Origin: Ottowia sp.
GTDB taxonomy: Bacteria > Pseudomonadota > Gammaproteobacteria > Burkholderiales > Burkholderiaceae_C
Length of the DNA: 64,000 nucleotides
NCBI RefSeq assembly: GCF_016703145.1
Contig: NZ_JADJCO010000003.1
Location: 317,163 to 381,162, forward strand
Direction: 5' to 3'
A program made the position numbers and the translations under genes. Positions 29,262-39,852 of the stretch are shown here, in pieces; the stretch's first letter is position 1, and each line of letters begins with the position of its first letter. The notes under the pieces are model-generated. The model made no database searches and had not been told where the DNA came from. It saw only the letters and a program-made list of their open reading frames with translations.

Positions 29262-32213
29262 ATGAAAACCCTGGTCATTGCCGAGAAGCCCTCGGTGGCG
29301 CAAGACATCGTGCGCGCCCTCACGCCCGTCGCGGGCAAGTTCGACAAGCACGACGATCACTTCGAGAACGAGCGCTACGTGGTCACCAGCGCCGTGGGCC
29401 ACCTGGTGGAAATCCAGGCGCCCGAGCAGTACGACGTCAAGCGCGGCAAGTGGAGCTTCGCTCACTTGCCGGTGATCCCGCCGCGCTTCGACCTCAAGCC
29501 CGTGGACAAGACCCGGACGCGCCTGAACGCCGTCGTCAAGCAGGCCCGCCGCAAGGACGTGGGCGCGCTGGTCAACGCCTGCGACGCGGGACGCGAGGGC
29601 GAGCTGATCTTCCGCCTGATCGAGCAGTACGCCGGCGGCCAGAAGGGCGAGCAGTTCGTGCCGCTGGGCAAGCCCGTGCAGCGCCTGTGGCTGCAGAGCA
29701 TGACGCCGCAGGCCATCCGCGACGGCTTCGAGCGGCTGCGCAGCGACCAGCAGATGCAGGGCCTGGCCGACGCCGCGCGCAGCCGCAGCGAGGCCGACTG
29801 GCTGGTGGGCATCAACGGCACGCGGGCGATGACGGCCTTCAATTCGCAGGGCGGCGGCTTCTTCCTGACCACCGTGGGCCGCGTGCAGACGCCGACGCTG
29901 GCGGTGGTGGTCGAGCGCGAGGAGCAGATCCGCCGGCACGTATCGCGCCCCTACTGGGAAGTGCACGCCACCTTCCTGGCCGAGGCCGGCCTGTACCCGG
30001 GCAAGTGGTTCGACCCGGCCTGGAAGAAGGGCGACGACCCCGACGCGCGCGCCGACCGCGTGTGGGACGAGCGCACGGCACTGGCCATCGCCGCGGCCGC
30101 GCGCGGCCAGTCCTGCACGGTGCGCGAGGAAAGCAAGCCCACCTCCCAGGCGTCGCCCGCCCTGTTCGACCTGACCAGCCTGCAGCGCGAGGCCAACGGC
30201 AAGTTCGGCTACTCGGCCAAGACCACGCTGGCGCTGGCGCAGTCGCTGTACGAGCGCCACAAGGCGCTGACCTACCCGCGGACCGACTCGCGCCACCTGC
30301 CCGAGGACTACGTGGGCGTGGCGCGCCAGACCTTCGAGATGCTGGCCGCCGGCCAGCAGCGCCACCTGGCGCCGCACGCCCGCACGGCGCTGGAGCAGGG
30401 CTACGTCAAGCCATCCAAGCGCATCTTCGACAACGCCAAGGTATCGGACCACTTCGCCATCATCCCCACGCTGCAAGAGCCCGGCGCGCTGTCGGAGGCC
30501 GAGCGCAAGCTGTACGACCTGGTGGTGCGCCGCTTCATGGCGGTGTTCTTCCCCAGCGCCGAATACCAGGTGACGACCCGCGTTACCACCGCCAGCCACG
30601 AAGGAAAGAGCTACGACTTTCAGAGCCACGGCAAGGTGCTCACCAAGCCCGGCTGGCTGGCCATCTACGGCAAGGAAGCCGCCGACGAGCAGGGCGACGA
30701 CAAGGACGGCAAGTCGCTGGTGCCCGTCCGGCCCGGCGAGATGGTGCGCAACGAGTCGGCCGAGGCCAAGGCCCTGCGGACCCGCCCGCCCGCCCGCTAC
30801 TCCGAGGCCACGCTGCTGGGCGCCATGGAAGGCGCGGGCAAGTGGGTCGAGGACGACGAGCTGCGCGAGGCCATGCAGGAAAAGGGCCTGGGCACCCCCG
30901 CCACGCGAGCGGCCATCATCGAGGGCCTGCTGAACGAGAAGTACATGCTGCGCGAGGGGCGCGAGATGATCCCCACGGCCAAGGCCTTCCAGCTCATGAC
31001 GCTGCTGCGCGGCCTGGAGGTGGAGGAACTCAGCCGGCCCGAGTTGACCGGCGAGTGGGAATACAAGCTGGCGCAGATGGAGCACGGCCAGCTCTCGCGC
31101 GAGCAGTTCATGCGCGAGATCGCCGCCATGACCGAGCGCATCGTGCGCAAGGCCAAGGAATTCAGCCGCGACACCGTGCCCGGCGACTACGCCACCCTGC
31201 AGGCGCCCTGCCCGCACTGCGGCGGCGTGGTCAGGGAGAACTACCGCCGCTACGGCTGCACCGGCGCCGACGGCCAGGGCGAGGGCTGCGGCTTCTCCTT
31301 CACCAAGACGCCCGGCGGGCGCACCTTCTCCGCCGAGGAGGCCGAAGCGTTCCTGCGCGACCGCCGCATCGGCCCGCTGGAGGGTTTCCGCTCCAAGGCC
31401 GGCTGGCCCTTCGTGGCCGAGCTGGCGCTGGTGCCCGACGAGGAAGGCGGCAGCCACTTCAAGCTGGAGTTCGACTTCGGCGACGACGCCAAGGCCGAGC
31501 AGTCGGGCGAGATCGTCGACCTGTCCGGCCAGGCCGGCCTGGGCCCCTGCCCCAAGTGCGGCGCGCAGGTCTTCGCCTTCGGCAAGAGCTACGTCTGCGA
31601 GAAGTCCGTGCCCACCGCCGCGCAGCCCACGCCGTCGTGCGACTTCAAGAGCGGCCAGATCATCCTGCAGCAGCCCGTGGAGCCCGCGCAGATGAAGAAG
31701 CTGCTGGAGGACGGCAAGACCGACCTGCTCGACAAGTTCGTCAGCATGCGCACGCGCCGCGCCTTCAAGGCGCGCCTGGCCTGGAGCGCCGAGGAAGGCA
31801 AGGTGATCTTCGAATTCGAGCCGCGCGAAGGCAAGCCCGGCGCCAAGTACCCGCCGCGCAAGGCCGCGCCCGCTACGAAATCAGGAGCTACCGGCGTAAC
31901 AGGGACGCCGGCCAAAGCCCCGAAAGCCGCCAAAAAGGCGCCCGCCCGGAAAGCCGCCGCCCCGCAGGCCGAGAAAACCCCGCGCGCCGGCACCCTCAAG
32001 CCCGACCCGCAGCTCGCCGCCGTCATCGGCGCCGGCCCCTTCGGCCGCGGCGAGGTGATGAAGCTGCTGTGGGACTACATCAAGGCCCACGGCCTGCAGG
32101 ACCCGCAGGACAAGCGCACCATCGTCGCCGACGCCAAGCTGCGCCCCATCCTCGGCGCCGACCGCGTGGGCATGTTCAAGCTGGCGGGCATCGTGGGCGG
32201 GCATTTGAGCTGA
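29262..32213 (+). CDS. topB: DNA topoisomerase III with C-terminal zinc ribbons and a SWIB/MDM2 domain
   Basis: TOPRIM MKTLVIAEKPSVA; active-site region LTYPRTDSRHL; CPHCGG / CPKCGA ribbons. The terminal 75 aa (LKPDPQLAAVIGAGPFGRGEVMKLLWDYIKAHGLQDPQDKRTIVADAKLRPILG) form a SWIB fold. Confidence 0.9.
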   Translation: MKTLVIAEKPSVAQDIVRALTPVAGKFDKHDDHFENERYVVTSAVGHLVEIQAPEQYDVKRGKWSFAHLPVIPPRFDLKPVDKTRTRLNAVVKQARRKDVGALVNACDAGREGELIFRLIEQYAGGQKGEQFVPLGKPVQRLWLQSMTPQAIRDGFERLRSDQQMQGLADAARSRSEADWLVGINGTRAMTAFNSQGGGFFLTTVGRVQTPTLAVVVEREEQIRRHVSRPYWEVHATFLAEAGLYPGKWFDPAWKKGDDPDARADRVWDERTALAIAAAARGQSCTVREESKPTSQASPALFDLTSLQREANGKFGYSAKTTLALAQSLYERHKALTYPRTDSRHLPEDYVGVARQTFEMLAAGQQRHLAPHARTALEQGYVKPSKRIFDNAKVSDHFAIIPTLQEPGALSEAERKLYDLVVRRFMAVFFPSAEYQVTTRVTTASHEGKSYDFQSHGKVLTKPGWLAIYGKEAADEQGDDKDGKSLVPVRPGEMVRNESAEAKALRTRPPARYSEATLLGAMEGAGKWVEDDELREAMQEKGLGTPATRAAIIEGLLNEKYMLREGREMIPTAKAFQLMTLLRGLEVEELSRPELTGEWEYKLAQMEHGQLSREQFMREIAAMTERIVRKAKEFSRDTVPGDYATLQAPCPHCGGVVRENYRRYGCTGADGQGEGCGFSFTKTPGGRTFSAEEAEAFLRDRRIGPLEGFRSKAGWPFVAELALVPDEEGGSHFKLEFDFGDDAKAEQSGEIVDLSGQAGLGPCPKCGAQVFAFGKSYVCEKSVPTAAQPTPSCDFKSGQIILQQPVEPAQMKKLLEDGKTDLLDKFVSMRTRRAFKARLAWSAEEGKVIFEFEPREGKPGAKYPPRKAAPATKSGATGVTGTPAKAPKAAKKAPARKAAAPQAEKTPRAGTLKPDPQLAAVIGAGPFGRGEVMKLLWDYIKAHGLQDPQDKRTIVADAKLRPILGADRVGMFKLAGIVGGHLS

Positions 32214-32238
32214 GCACCCCTTGAACATTGGATCATCC

Positions 32239-32709
32239 ATGAACATCACCAAAGACACCGCCGTCACCCTCGCCTACAAGCTGACCACGCCGCAGGGCAA
32301 GCCGCTGGACGCCGGCACCACGGCCTACCTGCACGGCGGCTACGGCAACCTCTTCGCCAAGGTCGAGGCCGCGCTGGAGGGCCAGGGCGTGGGCCATTCG
32401 GTCAGCATCGAGCTGGCGCCGGCCGACGCCTTCGGCGAGCGCGACGAGGCGCTGGTGCGCACCATCCCCAGGAGCGAGTTCCCGCCCGGCGTGAAGGTCG
32501 GCGGCCAGTTGCAGGGCGCGGGGCCGTCGGGGCAGCCGCAGGTGTTCAACGTGATCAGGATCAAGGGGCCCGAGGTGCACCTGGACGGCAACCACGCGCT
32601 GGCCGGGCAGGCGCTGCGCTTCGCCGCCAAGGTGACGGCCGTGCGCGCCGCCACGGCCGAGGAGATCGCCCATGGCCACGTGCACGGGGCGCACGGGCAT
32701 CACCACTGA
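32239..32709 (+). CDS. slyD: FKBP-type peptidyl-prolyl isomerase SlyD
   Basis: FKBP plus IF-domain pattern (VTLAYKLTT...LHGGYGNLF...LDGNHALAGQALRF) and a His-rich tail HGHVHGAHGHHH. Confidence 0.85.
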   Translation: MNITKDTAVTLAYKLTTPQGKPLDAGTTAYLHGGYGNLFAKVEAALEGQGVGHSVSIELAPADAFGERDEALVRTIPRSEFPPGVKVGGQLQGAGPSGQPQVFNVIRIKGPEVHLDGNHALAGQALRFAAKVTAVRAATAEEIAHGHVHGAHGHHH

Positions 32710-32721
32710 GGTCCAGGACTC

Positions 32722-32783
32722 CTGTATTGATAGCTTTCTGCGCAATATCCATGCGGTCTGGCGGCTGATTTAACCTGGAATCA
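32722..32783 (+). repeat. Dispersed repeat, copy 9
   Basis: TGTATTGATAGCTTTCTGCGCAATATCCATGCGGTCTGGCGGCTGATTTAACCTGGAA. Lies between slyD and the MFS gene. Confidence 0.8.
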
Positions 32784-32809
32784 GCCCCTCGGCGCCGCTC
32801 CAGCGCCGC

Positions 32810-34081
32810 GTGTCCGCGCGCCCTTTTCCCATGTCCCTCCCCGAGCCTTCCGCCGCCCCGCCCCTACGTCAGCACCAGGCCTGGGCCATGCTGCTGGCAC
32901 TGACCAGCGCGTTCGCGCTGAGCCAGGCCTTCCGCACGGTGGCGTCCATCATGGGGCCGCCGCTGGCCGGGCAGCTGCACCTGTCGCCGCAGCAGCTGGG
33001 GCTGTGGGCGGCGTCCTACCACTTCGCGTTCGGCTTCATGCAACTGGCGATGGGCGTGTCGCTGGACCTGTGGGGCGTGCGGCGCACGATTCTGCTGGCG
33101 TTTCCGATGGCGATGGCCGGCGCGGCGCTGTCGGCGCAGGCGGACAGCTACCCGGTGCTGATGCTGGGCCAGTTGCTGATCGGCACCGGCTGCGCGCCGG
33201 CCTTCCTGGTCTGCACGCTGTTCATCAGCCGCCACTTCTCGGCCGCGCGCTTCACCGCCACCTCGGGGCTGGTGATGAGCCTCAGCAACCTGGGCGTGCT
33301 GGCCACGGCCACGCCGCTGGCCTGGCTGATCGAGCTGCGCTCCTGGCGCTGGGGTTTCGGCGTGCTGGCCGCGGCCAGCGTGCTGTCCTGGGTGGCGATC
33401 TGGTGGCTGGTGCGCGAGCCGGCGCGCGCCGGCACGGCGGCCGGCGGCGGCCGGCGTCCCTCGGCCCTGGCGTCGCTGCGCGAGCTGCTGCGCCTGTTCG
33501 CCCTGCCGCAGACGGCCGGGCTGGTGGCCTACGCCGCGGTGGGTTACGCCGGCTTCATCTCGCTGCGCGGGCTGTGGCTGGGGCCGCTGCTGGTGGAGCG
33601 CCACGGCTTCTCGCTGGTGCAGAGCGGCAACGTGGCGCTGGCGATGACGCTGGCCAGCATGGCCAGCCCGGCGGTCTTCGGCCGGCTGGACCCCGGCGGC
33701 GCGCGGCGCGTGCGCTGGATGCTGACGCTGACGCTGGTGGCCGCCATGATGGTGGGCACCATCGGCCTGGTGCGCTTGGCCTGGGCCGACGTGGCGCTGG
33801 CCGTCACCTACGGCATGCTGTCGGGCAGCGGCGTGCTGCAGTACGGCTACGTGCGCGACGCCTACCCCGAGGCGGTGCGCGGGCGGGCGCTGTCGCTGTT
33901 CACGATGGCGATGTTCCTGGGCATCTCGCTGATGCAGTGGGCCAGCGGGCTGGCCGCCAGCCTGGCGCCCAGCGTGGGGGTGGAGCCGTTCACCGCCGCG
34001 CTGCTGACCATGTCGGCGCTGCTGCTGGCCGGGGCGCTGGCCTTCTGGTGCCTGCCGCGCGCGACGCCGGCGGGCGGGTAA
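32810..34081 (+). CDS. MFS transporter
   Basis: About 12 predicted TM segments across 423 aa. The start could instead be ATG 32831. Confidence 0.75.
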   Translation: MSARPFPMSLPEPSAAPPLRQHQAWAMLLALTSAFALSQAFRTVASIMGPPLAGQLHLSPQQLGLWAASYHFAFGFMQLAMGVSLDLWGVRRTILLAFPMAMAGAALSAQADSYPVLMLGQLLIGTGCAPAFLVCTLFISRHFSAARFTATSGLVMSLSNLGVLATATPLAWLIELRSWRWGFGVLAAASVLSWVAIWWLVREPARAGTAAGGGRRPSALASLRELLRLFALPQTAGLVAYAAVGYAGFISLRGLWLGPLLVERHGFSLVQSGNVALAMTLASMASPAVFGRLDPGGARRVRWMLTLTLVAAMMVGTIGLVRLAWADVALAVTYGMLSGSGVLQYGYVRDAYPEAVRGRALSLFTMAMFLGISLMQWASGLAASLAPSVGVEPFTAALLTMSALLLAGALAFWCLPRATPAGG

Positions 34082-34150
34082 GGGCACGCCTGGTTACCGG
34101 GCGGGCGCCCACGGCGTCATACTGGCCGGATGCCACAGGAGAGCCTTGCC

Positions 34151-34318
34151 ATGTCCCACGTTCGCACCCTGCTCGCCCGCGCCGCGCTCGCCGGCGCGGC
34201 CCTGGCCGCGCTGGCCGGCTGCGCCGGCACGCCGCGCAACCCCGAGGTCGAGGCCGCCACGCCGGGCGTCACCGTGTACGGCACGGCCGATGCCGGCGTG
34301 GGCCGCATCGGACGCTGA
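34151..34318 (+). CDS. Small putative lipoprotein or truncated porin N-terminus
   Basis: MSHVRTLLARAALAGAALAALAGC lipobox, then VTVYGTADAGVG, which resembles the first strand of Gram-negative porins. The ORF stops exactly where a repeat copy begins (34321). Confidence 0.3.
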   Translation: MSHVRTLLARAALAGAALAALAGCAGTPRNPEVEAATPGVTVYGTADAGVGRIGR

Positions 34319-34320
34319 GA

Positions 34321-34389
34321 ATTGCTATCTGATTAATAGCTTTTAGCTCAATATCCACGCTGGCCAGAGCCCGAAAAGGCTTGAAATCC
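34321..34389 (+). repeat. Dispersed repeat, copy 10
   Basis: ATTGCTATCTGATTAATAGCTTTTAGCTCAATATCCACGCTGGCCAGAGCCCGAAAAGGCTTGAAA. Confidence 0.75.
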
Positions 34390-34393
34390 GCCG

Positions 34394-34729
34394 ATGCGCC
34401 GCCTGACGCACGCTCCCAACGCCGCCATCGCCCAGCTCTGGGCCGACCTGCTGTGCGAGGCCGGCTACCCGGCCACGGTGGAGCGGCGCTTTCTCTCCAG
34501 CGTGGCGGGCGAGCTGCCGCCCGACCAGTGCCTGCCCGAGATCTGGCTGCGCCATGACGAGCACCTGGGCGCGGCGCGCGCGCTGCTTCAGGACCTGGCG
34601 CGCGTGCCCCAGCGGCGCTGGGTCTGCGGCGGCTGCGGCGAGCTGGTCGAAGGCGGCTTCGAGCAATGCTGGGCCTGCGGCGCGCTGATGCCGGACGCCT
34701 GGCGGGAGGGCGGCAACCCGCCGCTTTAA
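34394..34729 (+). CDS. DUF2007-like protein with C-terminal zinc ribbon
   Basis: AIAQLWADLLCEAGYPATV (DUF2007-like) and CGGCGELVEGGFEQCWACG. Confidence 0.55.
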   Translation: MRRLTHAPNAAIAQLWADLLCEAGYPATVERRFLSSVAGELPPDQCLPEIWLRHDEHLGAARALLQDLARVPQRRWVCGGCGELVEGGFEQCWACGALMPDAWREGGNPPL

Positions 34730-34777
34730 GATCGCGCCATCCCGCCATCCTGGCCGCGGCTTCCATCGGAGTTCATC

Positions 34778-34990
34778 ATGAAAATCAGTGCCCGCAACGT
34801 GTTGCCTGGCAAGGTCGTTTCCATCGTCCGCGGCCCCGTGTCCACCGAGGTGACGCTGGAAATCTCGCCCGGCGTGCAGATCACCTCGACCATCACCAGC
34901 AACTCCGCCGAGGCGCTGGGCTTGAAGGAAGGCGCCAGGGCGTACGGCGTGATCAAGGCATCGTCCGTGATGATCGGCGTGGACGACTGA
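34778..34990 (+). CDS. Molybdenum-pterin-binding (Mop/TOBE) protein
   Basis: 70 aa: MKISARNVLPGKVVSI...VSTEVTLEI...ITSTITSNSAEALGLKEG..AYGVIKASSVMI, a canonical Mop domain. Confidence 0.85.
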   Translation: MKISARNVLPGKVVSIVRGPVSTEVTLEISPGVQITSTITSNSAEALGLKEGARAYGVIKASSVMIGVDD

Positions 34991-35000
34991 CCGGGGGCGC

Positions 35001-35501
35001 CTACTTCATCCGGTCGTCGGAGCGGGTGGAGGGCAGGCGCTGCAAGCCCTGCGCGAACCAGCCGATGCGTTCGGTGGCTCGCACGTCCAGGGCGGGCACA
35101 TAGGGCTTGATGTCGAGCACCGGCGTGCCGTCGAGCATGTCGTTGCCCAGGAACCGCAGCACGCGGCCTTGCACGCTGGCCAGCCGCACGATGGACAGGC
35201 CCAGGCGGTTGGGCCGGGCGGGTGAGCGCGTGGCAAAGACGCCGTGGCTTCGGGTGTCCATGAAGGGCACGACCTCCAGCTTTTCAGACGCCAGATGCAG
35301 ATGCGTGAGCACGATCAGGTAGTCGAACCCCTCGATGTCGCGCAATCCGGCGGCAAACTCCTCGAAAACCTCCAACTCGCCTTCCACGTCCGCCGCGGCC
35401 ACGGTTTGGATGGGCATGCCCTGCGTCGTGGGGAACGGGCCGCGAACGATGCCGATGGGGCGGACGGCGATGCCGCCCGAGGTTCCGGCTTGCGGTGGCA
35501 T
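35001..35501 (-). CDS. trmO: tRNA (t6A37-N6)-methyltransferase TrmO (YaeB/TsaA family)
   Basis: IGIVRGPF...EGFDYLIVLTHLH...TRSPARPNRLGLSIVRL...DMLDGTPVLDIKPY. Start at M134 of the track ORF. Confidence 0.8.
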   Translation of the reverse strand: MPPQAGTSGGIAVRPIGIVRGPFPTTQGMPIQTVAAADVEGELEVFEEFAAGLRDIEGFDYLIVLTHLHLASEKLEVVPFMDTRSHGVFATRSPARPNRLGLSIVRLASVQGRVLRFLGNDMLDGTPVLDIKPYVPALDVRATERIGWFAQGLQRLPSTRSDDRMK

Positions 35502-35509
35502 GCCGCCCT

Positions 35510-36070
35510 TCACTTCCAGCGCAGCGGCTCGGTCGGCACGCTGCCGCGCGTGCCCGACAGGGTCAGCACGCCTTCCTGCACGGTGGCCTGCAGCTGCATG
35601 CTGCGCTCGGCAAGCTGCGCCAGCGCCTGCACGTCGGCGGCGGGCAGGCGCCACACCTGCAGCCGGTCCAGCCGAGCCAGTTTGCCGGCGATGCCGCGCC
35701 ACCACACCTCGGCCGCCGGGCCGTGGGCGTAGACGATGACCTGGTCGGCCTTGGAGCAAGCCTTGGCCAGGGGCTTGTCGTCGGGCTGGCCGACTTCGAC
35801 CCACAGGCGCGCACGGCCGGTGAAGTCGCTCAGCAGCACATCGGGCTCGTCGGGGCTGGACAGGCCGGCGCCGAAGCCGATGCGGCCGTCGCCGCCGCAC
35901 ATCGCCTGCACCTGGTGGGCGTTGAGCGCCAGCGCGGCCAGGCGCACCATCATGCGTTCGTCGGTCTCGCTGGGGTGGCGCGCCAGGGTGAGCTGCAGGT
36001 CGGTGTAGCAGGCGTGGTCGATGTCGGCCAGTGCCAGGTCGGCCTTGAAGATGGTGGATTTGAGGGCCAT
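35510..36070 (-). CDS. YaeQ-family protein
   Basis: MALKSTIFKADLALADIDHACYTDLQLTLARHPSETDERMMVRL is the conserved YaeQ N-terminus. Confidence 0.85.
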   Translation of the reverse strand: MALKSTIFKADLALADIDHACYTDLQLTLARHPSETDERMMVRLAALALNAHQVQAMCGGDGRIGFGAGLSSPDEPDVLLSDFTGRARLWVEVGQPDDKPLAKACSKADQVIVYAHGPAAEVWWRGIAGKLARLDRLQVWRLPAADVQALAQLAERSMQLQATVQEGVLTLSGTRGSVPTEPLRWK

Positions 36071-36082
36071 GGGGCGGTGTTG

Positions 36083-36150
36083 ATACTATTTTATTGATAG
36101 CTGTCGGCGCAGTATCCGCGCCGGCCCTTGGCCAATTTTTTTTGAAATCC
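36083..36150 (+). repeat. Dispersed repeat, copy 11
   Basis: ATACTATTTTATTGATAGCTGTCGGCGCAGTATCCGCGCCGGCCCTTGGCCAATTTTTTTTGAAA. Lies between the yaeQ start and the purB stop. Confidence 0.75.
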
Positions 36151-36156
36151 GCGCGG

Positions 36157-37641
<1,485 letters not shown>

Positions 37642-37693
37642 CTAAAATGACGGTGCCCATCGGCCACCCGTCCACCAGCCAGCGGTAGTTTCC

Positions 37694-38323
37694 ATGTCCA
37701 TGAAATTGATCGGCTCCCCGGCCAGCCCCTACGTGCGCAAGGTGCGCGTCGTCCTGGCCGAGAAGAAGCTGGACTGCCAGTTCGTCACCGAGAACGTCTG
37801 GGCCGAAGGCACCACCATCGGCAGCGCCAACCCGCTGGGCAAGGTGCCCTGCCTGATCGTGGACGGGCAGGACGCGGTGTTCGACTCGCGCGTGATCGTC
37901 GAGCACCTGGACACGCTCTCGCCCGTGGGCAAGCTGATCCCGCCGGCCGGCCGCCACCGGGTGGAAGTCAAGACCTGGGAGGCGCTGGCCGACGGCCTGC
38001 TGGACGCCGCCATCCTGGCGCGCCTGGAGCGCACCTGGCCCGGCCGCGCCGAGGGCGAGCGCAGCGCCGCCTGGATCGAGCGCCAGATGCGCAAGGTGGA
38101 CGATGCGCTGGCCGCGATGAGCAGCGGCCTGGGCGACAAGGCCTGGTGCTCGGCCGGCATCCACCTGACCCTGGCCGACATCGCCGTCGGCTGCGCGCTG
38201 GGCTACCTGGACTTCCGCTTCCCCGATTTGGACTGGCGCGCGCGCCACGCCAACCTGGCGCAACTGCTGGACGCGCGGCTGACGCAGCGCCCGAGCTTCG
38301 CGGACACCGTGCCCGTCGCCTGA
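37694..38323 (+). CDS. Glutathione S-transferase
   Basis: N-terminal thioredoxin-like motif (SPYVRKVRVVLAEKKL, GKVPCLIV, DSRVIVEHLD) and a C-terminal alpha domain. Confidence 0.85.
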   Translation: MSMKLIGSPASPYVRKVRVVLAEKKLDCQFVTENVWAEGTTIGSANPLGKVPCLIVDGQDAVFDSRVIVEHLDTLSPVGKLIPPAGRHRVEVKTWEALADGLLDAAILARLERTWPGRAEGERSAAWIERQMRKVDDALAAMSSGLGDKAWCSAGIHLTLADIAVGCALGYLDFRFPDLDWRARHANLAQLLDARLTQRPSFADTVPVA

Positions 38324-38415
38324 GCCGGACGCTCTCTTCCTGCCTCAAAGCGACCGCGCCGCCGGGGCACGAGGCCCGGGCGGCGCGGTCTGAATAAAAA
38401 AGCTGCCGAAGCGGC

Positions 38416-38465
38416 CTGAAGCGAAGGAGGAGGAGGGAGGGAGGAGGAAGTACGCTTCAGGTTTT
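38416..38465 (+). terminator. Hairpin with 29-nt all-purine GGA-rich loop plus short T run (possible GST terminator)
   Basis: CTGAAGCG (38416-38423), loop AAGGAGGAGGAGGGAGGGAGGAGGAAGTA, CGCTTCAG (38453-38460), then GTTTTC. Confidence 0.35.
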
Positions 38466-38687
38466 CAATCGGCGCGAAGCCGGCAGGCTTGGCAGCGTCA
38501 AGGAGTCAATGGGCTTGGGTCCCACTCATCACGTGCATTGAGAGGGCGCATCTTCGTCCAAAGTTCCGGTTCGCGTCGCCACGATGCGTAAAGTACTGTG
38601 AAGCCCGCGTGACGGATTGCACACCACCCAGCGCCTAGAATGCCGGGCACCAGCACAACCACTTCGCGTCCGAGAGGAACTTCCCCC

Positions 38688-39551
38688 ATGACCATGCTCT
38701 ACCCCGAACTTTTCAAGCAGCTCGAAGCCGTGCGCTGGAACATGGGCAAGGACATTCCTTGGGACAGTTTCGACGCCAGCCAGCTCAGCGACGAGCAGGC
38801 GCAAACCATCAAGATGAACGCCATCACCGAGTGGTCGGCGCTGCCGGCCACCGAGATGTTCCTGCGCGACAACCAGGAGGACTCGGACTTCTCCGCCTTC
38901 ATGTCGATCTGGTTCTTCGAGGAGCAGAAGCACTCGCTGGTGCTGATGGAGTACCTGCGGCGCTTTCGCCCCGACCTGGTGCCGACCGAGGAGGAGCTGC
39001 ACGCGGTGCGCTTCCAGTTCGACCCCGCGCCGGCGCTGGAGACGCTGATGCTGCACTTCTGCGGCGAGATCCGCCTCAACCACTGGTACCGCTGCGCGGC
39101 CGAATGGCACACCGAGCCGGTGATCCGCCACATCTACACCACGCTCAGCCACGACGAGGCGCGCCATGGCGGCGCCTATCTGCGCTACATGAAGCGGGCC
39201 ATCGCCAACTTCGGCGACGACGCGCGCACGGCCTTCGCCAAGGTGGGCGTGCTGATGGCCAGCGCGCGCCGCACGGCGCAAGCGCTGCACCCGACCAACC
39301 TGCACGTGAGCAAGGCGCAGTTCCCGCGCGACACGGTGCAGAGCCGCCTGCCCGACCCCGAGTGGCTGGAGGAATGGCTGGACAAGCAGATCAAGTTCGA
39401 CGCCGGCTGGGAGACCAAGGTGGTCGAGCGCATCCTGCACAACCTCAGCCTGCTGCTGGAGCGCGGCTTCAAGACCGCGCAGGACCTCAACCGCTACCGC
39501 AAGGAGTTGTCGGTGCGCACGTCCGGCGGCGCGCAGCCGGCCACGGCCTGA
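38688..39551 (+). CDS. Ferritin-like di-iron protein (acyl-ACP-desaturase-like fold)
   Basis: Two ExxH motifs (FFEEQKHSLV, SHDEARHGGAY) with spacing typical of di-iron carboxylate proteins. Start at MTMLYPEL. Confidence 0.55.
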   Translation: MTMLYPELFKQLEAVRWNMGKDIPWDSFDASQLSDEQAQTIKMNAITEWSALPATEMFLRDNQEDSDFSAFMSIWFFEEQKHSLVLMEYLRRFRPDLVPTEEELHAVRFQFDPAPALETLMLHFCGEIRLNHWYRCAAEWHTEPVIRHIYTTLSHDEARHGGAYLRYMKRAIANFGDDARTAFAKVGVLMASARRTAQALHPTNLHVSKAQFPRDTVQSRLPDPEWLEEWLDKQIKFDAGWETKVVERILHNLSLLLERGFKTAQDLNRYRKELSVRTSGGAQPATA

Positions 39552-39790
39552 GAAGGCGTCAGCCAGGTCTTCGGCTCCTCGGCTCGTCGTCGAGGCTTTC
39601 CTCCAGCATGCGGCGCTATGCCGGGTTCTTGTCGCCGATCAGGGCGACCCTCTGGACCAGCGCTCACGCGAAGGCCATCCCGGCGGCGTGGCCGAGGGTG
39701 AAGGCCTCCTCGAACACCGAGTAGCCCGACCAGTCCGCGTGGGCGAAGGCCAGGCGCGGCGCGGCCTCGAAGACGAGCGCCGGATGCTCC

Positions 39791-39852
39791 TTGTTTAATA
39801 GCAGTCGGCACAATACTGATGCGGGCCAGAGGCTGATTTGGCTCAAATTTCC
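39791..39852 (+). repeat. Dispersed repeat, copy 12 (inside the FAD-oxidoreductase reading frame)
   Basis: TTGTTTAATAGCAGTCGGCACAATACTGATGCGGGCCAGAGGCTGATTTGGCTCAAAT. Translated in frame as ...NLSQISLWPASVLCRLLLNK... Confidence 0.8.
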
